Below, piece by piece: positions 34,501 to 39,332 of a DNA stretch of 39,332 nt. Below the pieces are notes generated by a model that had not been told where the DNA came from, ran no database searches, and was given only the letters and a program-made list of their open reading frames with translations. Source of the DNA: Diploschistes diacapsis (Eukaryota); the NCBI GenBank assembly GCA_023645945.1, contig JALAIB010000054.1, positions 1 to 39,332 on the forward strand. The letters are read 5' to 3'. The first letter of the stretch is position 1, and the number at the start of each line of letters is the position of its first letter. The position numbers and the translations under genes were made by a program.

Positions 34501-35375
34501 GGCGGAGACGATGCGGAGGCTACTTGCGGAGGTTGAGGGCCGGTCAGACTCTCGAGTGCGCGAAATGAAGGAGAGGCTGGATGTGGCCCTCGAGGAGAGG
34601 GACAAGGCAGAGGATGATGCTAGTACAGCCGGCAGACGCAGGGCCAGGGAACTCGAAGAATCACGGAACAAGCTACGGGAGGCACAGCGGGATCTTAAAC
34701 GTACAGAAGAGGAGAAGGAAGAACTAGAGGTTGCTCAGCGGGATTGGAAAAAGCGGCGCGAGGATCTGGAACAGCAATCTGAGGCTGCAACGAAGGAGGC
34801 CGAGGAAGTCAGGAAAGCCATGGGTTCACTCCGCGATGCCCTAGATGACAGCGAGCGCCAAGCCCGTGACCTTGAGAAGCAGAAGGCGGGTCTACGTCGG
34901 ACTATAGAAGACACACAGCAGCGTTTGGAAAGATTACAAAAATCCAACAAGGTAAGTTTGTTTCCCATTAAATCAGCTTCCCGCTAATGCCGTTCCACAG
35001 ATGCTTGCAGAGGAAGTGCGGTCAATGCAAGCAAAAGCGAAAAGTCAAGGGTCACAGACTCAATCGCCAAGGTCGTCAATCGATTCCTCGGCTGCGCGGT
35101 CGAAGCTGTTGTCGCCACCGCCAAAAGGCACCAGTACCCCCACCAGTACGGAAGGCACGAATGGGCAAGCAGTTGCTTCGACGGACTACCTGAAGAATGT
35201 CCTCTTACAGTTCCTGGAGCAGAAGGACAAGAAGCACCAAATGCAGCTCATCCCCGTACTGGGGATGCTGCTCCACTTTAACCGGTACGTCTCTTATTGA
35301 ATTTTGGCCAGTCTATCAATAACACCCTGCAGACAGGACGAAACAAAATGGATGGCTGCAATCACAGCTCGATGA
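31572..35375 (+). CDS. IMH1: GRIP-domain golgin; exons 31572-31580, 31625-34951, 35001-35284, 35333-35375
   Basis: MFN|RLKGAIDSRIAEEQAR N-terminus, about 1000 aa of coiled-coil, and C-terminal GRIP motif DYLKNVLLQFLEQKDKKHQMQLIPVLGMLLHF...W. Confidence 0.88.
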
Positions 35376-36435
35376 GACATGTCACTCCGGGTTGTGTAAA
35401 AGCCTTTGTAAGATTAGAAGCGTGAGCAGATATGCATAGCGACGACCTTGCTGTTATTGGATAATATAACAACCCTATCATTGGGGGCGGCCCCGGATTC
35501 AGCCCACAGAGCACCGCCGTTCGCCAGAATAGTGGTAGCATTAATGGGCAAATGTTCCGAATAGAAATCAAATAAGGATGTTCATACGCCCTGCTGTCGA
35601 TGATCATTACAGCATAGCATAAGCAAGATCATAAGACGAAGATGCTTATGATATCTGCAGGGCAAAAAAGCTTGGCGTAATAGGCGTCTAATAGCGCAAA
35701 AGCTCCAAGTCCGAGTTCCTACCAGGTAGTTAAGTTCCACTGAAGCCGAGACCGGAAAAGGGGGTTGTTTGTGGGTCAGGGGGGTGTGATTTATAGGGCG
35801 GTTGGATATGTATGTCGTGTGTGTGTGTGGTGAGATCGTAGTTCACATCAATCTCTGAAGCTTCTCCATCTCAGGGAGCAGCTATGCATAAACAATCTCA
35901 ATAGACGTCGACCGCAATCTTGTTTTCTTTAGCTTTGTCGGCTTTTCTCTTCTTCCATGCGTTGTTCCTATTCCTCTGCCCCAATGCGATAGTATCACCA
36001 TTCAATATACGCGCCCCACCAACCTCGTCGCAGTGCGGTGCAAAGAAGTCCAAGCTGGGATCTGCCAATCTTCCATATTAATATCTGTGTCGCCATTTGC
36101 TTTTTATTCAATCAATTGGTCTTGGATCGTATGGTATGTTGTTGTGTGATTGCTTATCGTTCTTCTCGGCTATGCTGTCTTCGCGCCCGGCACCGAGTAT
36201 GATCACGGCGGTCGCAACACATAGAAATTCGGAGATTGCGCTTTTCTGGGGCTCCCTTTCACAAGGCTAATACCTAGTTGCATAGAAAACTCTTAACCCT
36301 TTACACAAGCTCTGAGTTCAGCAGTTCCTTGTGAAACGAACGCACCGCACCGGCACTCTCTCCGAAAGCTCACCTAGTTCCGATCTGTACATCTACCGAA
36401 CTGCACGATCCACACCTTCGACGTCCTCTAACGAT

Positions 36436-38458
<2,023 letters not shown>

Positions 38459-39121
38459 TTGATGTGTCTGGGCTTCGGATGCAGGAGGGGCGGTCGACGA
38501 CGATCTCATGGGCCGGAATGTGAAAGGGCGTGAATGACGGATGAAATTATGTATTTCTGTGTGTGCGGAATTTCTCTATGCTACTACCATCACATAGACG
38601 CCGACGGGATCAGCATGTCTTAGTCCCGTCGGCTTCCTGCCTTCACTTTGTTTTCCATCGCTTATCGCGGTATCGCAGCCCATAGCGTTGCTACCGCGAT
38701 GTATGTCTCTCGTTAAAGTACGCAAAGCAACGCAAGGTTTCATGGGGAAGAGCAGGAAAGGAGAAAGGAGGAACTGCATGGTTTGAGCTGGGTGGCTGGG
38801 TGGACGGTTGTACGAAAGGGATGCTGCTACGTGGTGGTGGCAAGAACACGCAAGATCAAATCACGATGACTTATACAGCAAGGAAGAACGAAGGAAGCGT
38901 TTTGTGCCCGACTTTGAAAATCGTGAAAACCTTCGAAGACACCACGCTGGAAATCTAGCATGCAACAACATCCGTTCGCAGAAATGGGTATCAATGCCGC
39001 CCCCCTTCTCTCTCGTCACCCCTTTTTCCCCTCTATCTTTCTCCCTCAAACGGTTTTTCCCCACCTCCTCCCTTTCCCCCTCAAGACTTCATTCCCCCTT
39101 TCCCTTCTTCCTAGATCGCGC

Positions 39122-39332
39122 TCACGCAGCGACCACCCGGCCCGGACATCCCTCGCCGCACCCCGTCGGCCGCCGCGGATCGTAATAATCCTCCTCGTCC
39201 GTCTCGCTCTCAACTTCCACTTCGAGCTCTCTGCCCCTGCCACCAGCCCCTCTGTCCTCCAATCCCATCCTTCCACCCTCCTCTCCTTCTCCTTCTCCCT
39301 CGTTCTTAACCCTCCCCACCGACCCCTTGTCC
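39122..39332 (-). CDS. 3' end of an unidentified gene running in from beyond the window
   Basis: Frame open from the window edge to TGA at 39122; Gly/Glu-rich, with EVESETDEEDYYDPRRP. Confidence 0.35.
   Translation of the reverse strand, partial: DKGSVGRVKNEGEGEGEEGGRMGLEDRGAGGRGRELEVEVESETDEEDYYDPRRPTGCGEGCPGRVVAA

Noticed and set aside
35817..35829. Short (GT)n run upstream of SKY1
   Set aside because: Ordinary short microsatellite.

Overview
Intron-rich genomic DNA from a filamentous ascomycete (Pezizomycotina-type GT/GC-AG introns with CTRAY branch sites). Bases 1-1.1 kb are transposon debris: a solo LTR with a TSD, an AT-rich RIP-like repeat tract and a 37-bp hairpin. Next come a divergent betaine aldehyde dehydrogenase / choline oxidase pair whose products both end in PTS1-like tripeptides, ADE6, an MFS sugar-porter, an SNF2 ATPase with C-terminal PHD-like fingers, and an SDR whose first splice donor is broken. 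An intact, spliced gene at 18.8-19.8 kb appears to fuse MULE-type and Tc1-type transposase DNA-binding domains without a catalytic domain. After lunapark (LNP1) lie a dimeric alpha-beta-barrel pseudogene, a decayed zone ending at an intron-containing tRNA-Pro(TGG), a 15-exon dynamin/SLIP-GC-like GTPase, the GRIP golgin IMH1 and the SR protein kinase SKY1/dsk1. All exon structures were read by eye and family calls rest on motif recognition; no database searches were run.
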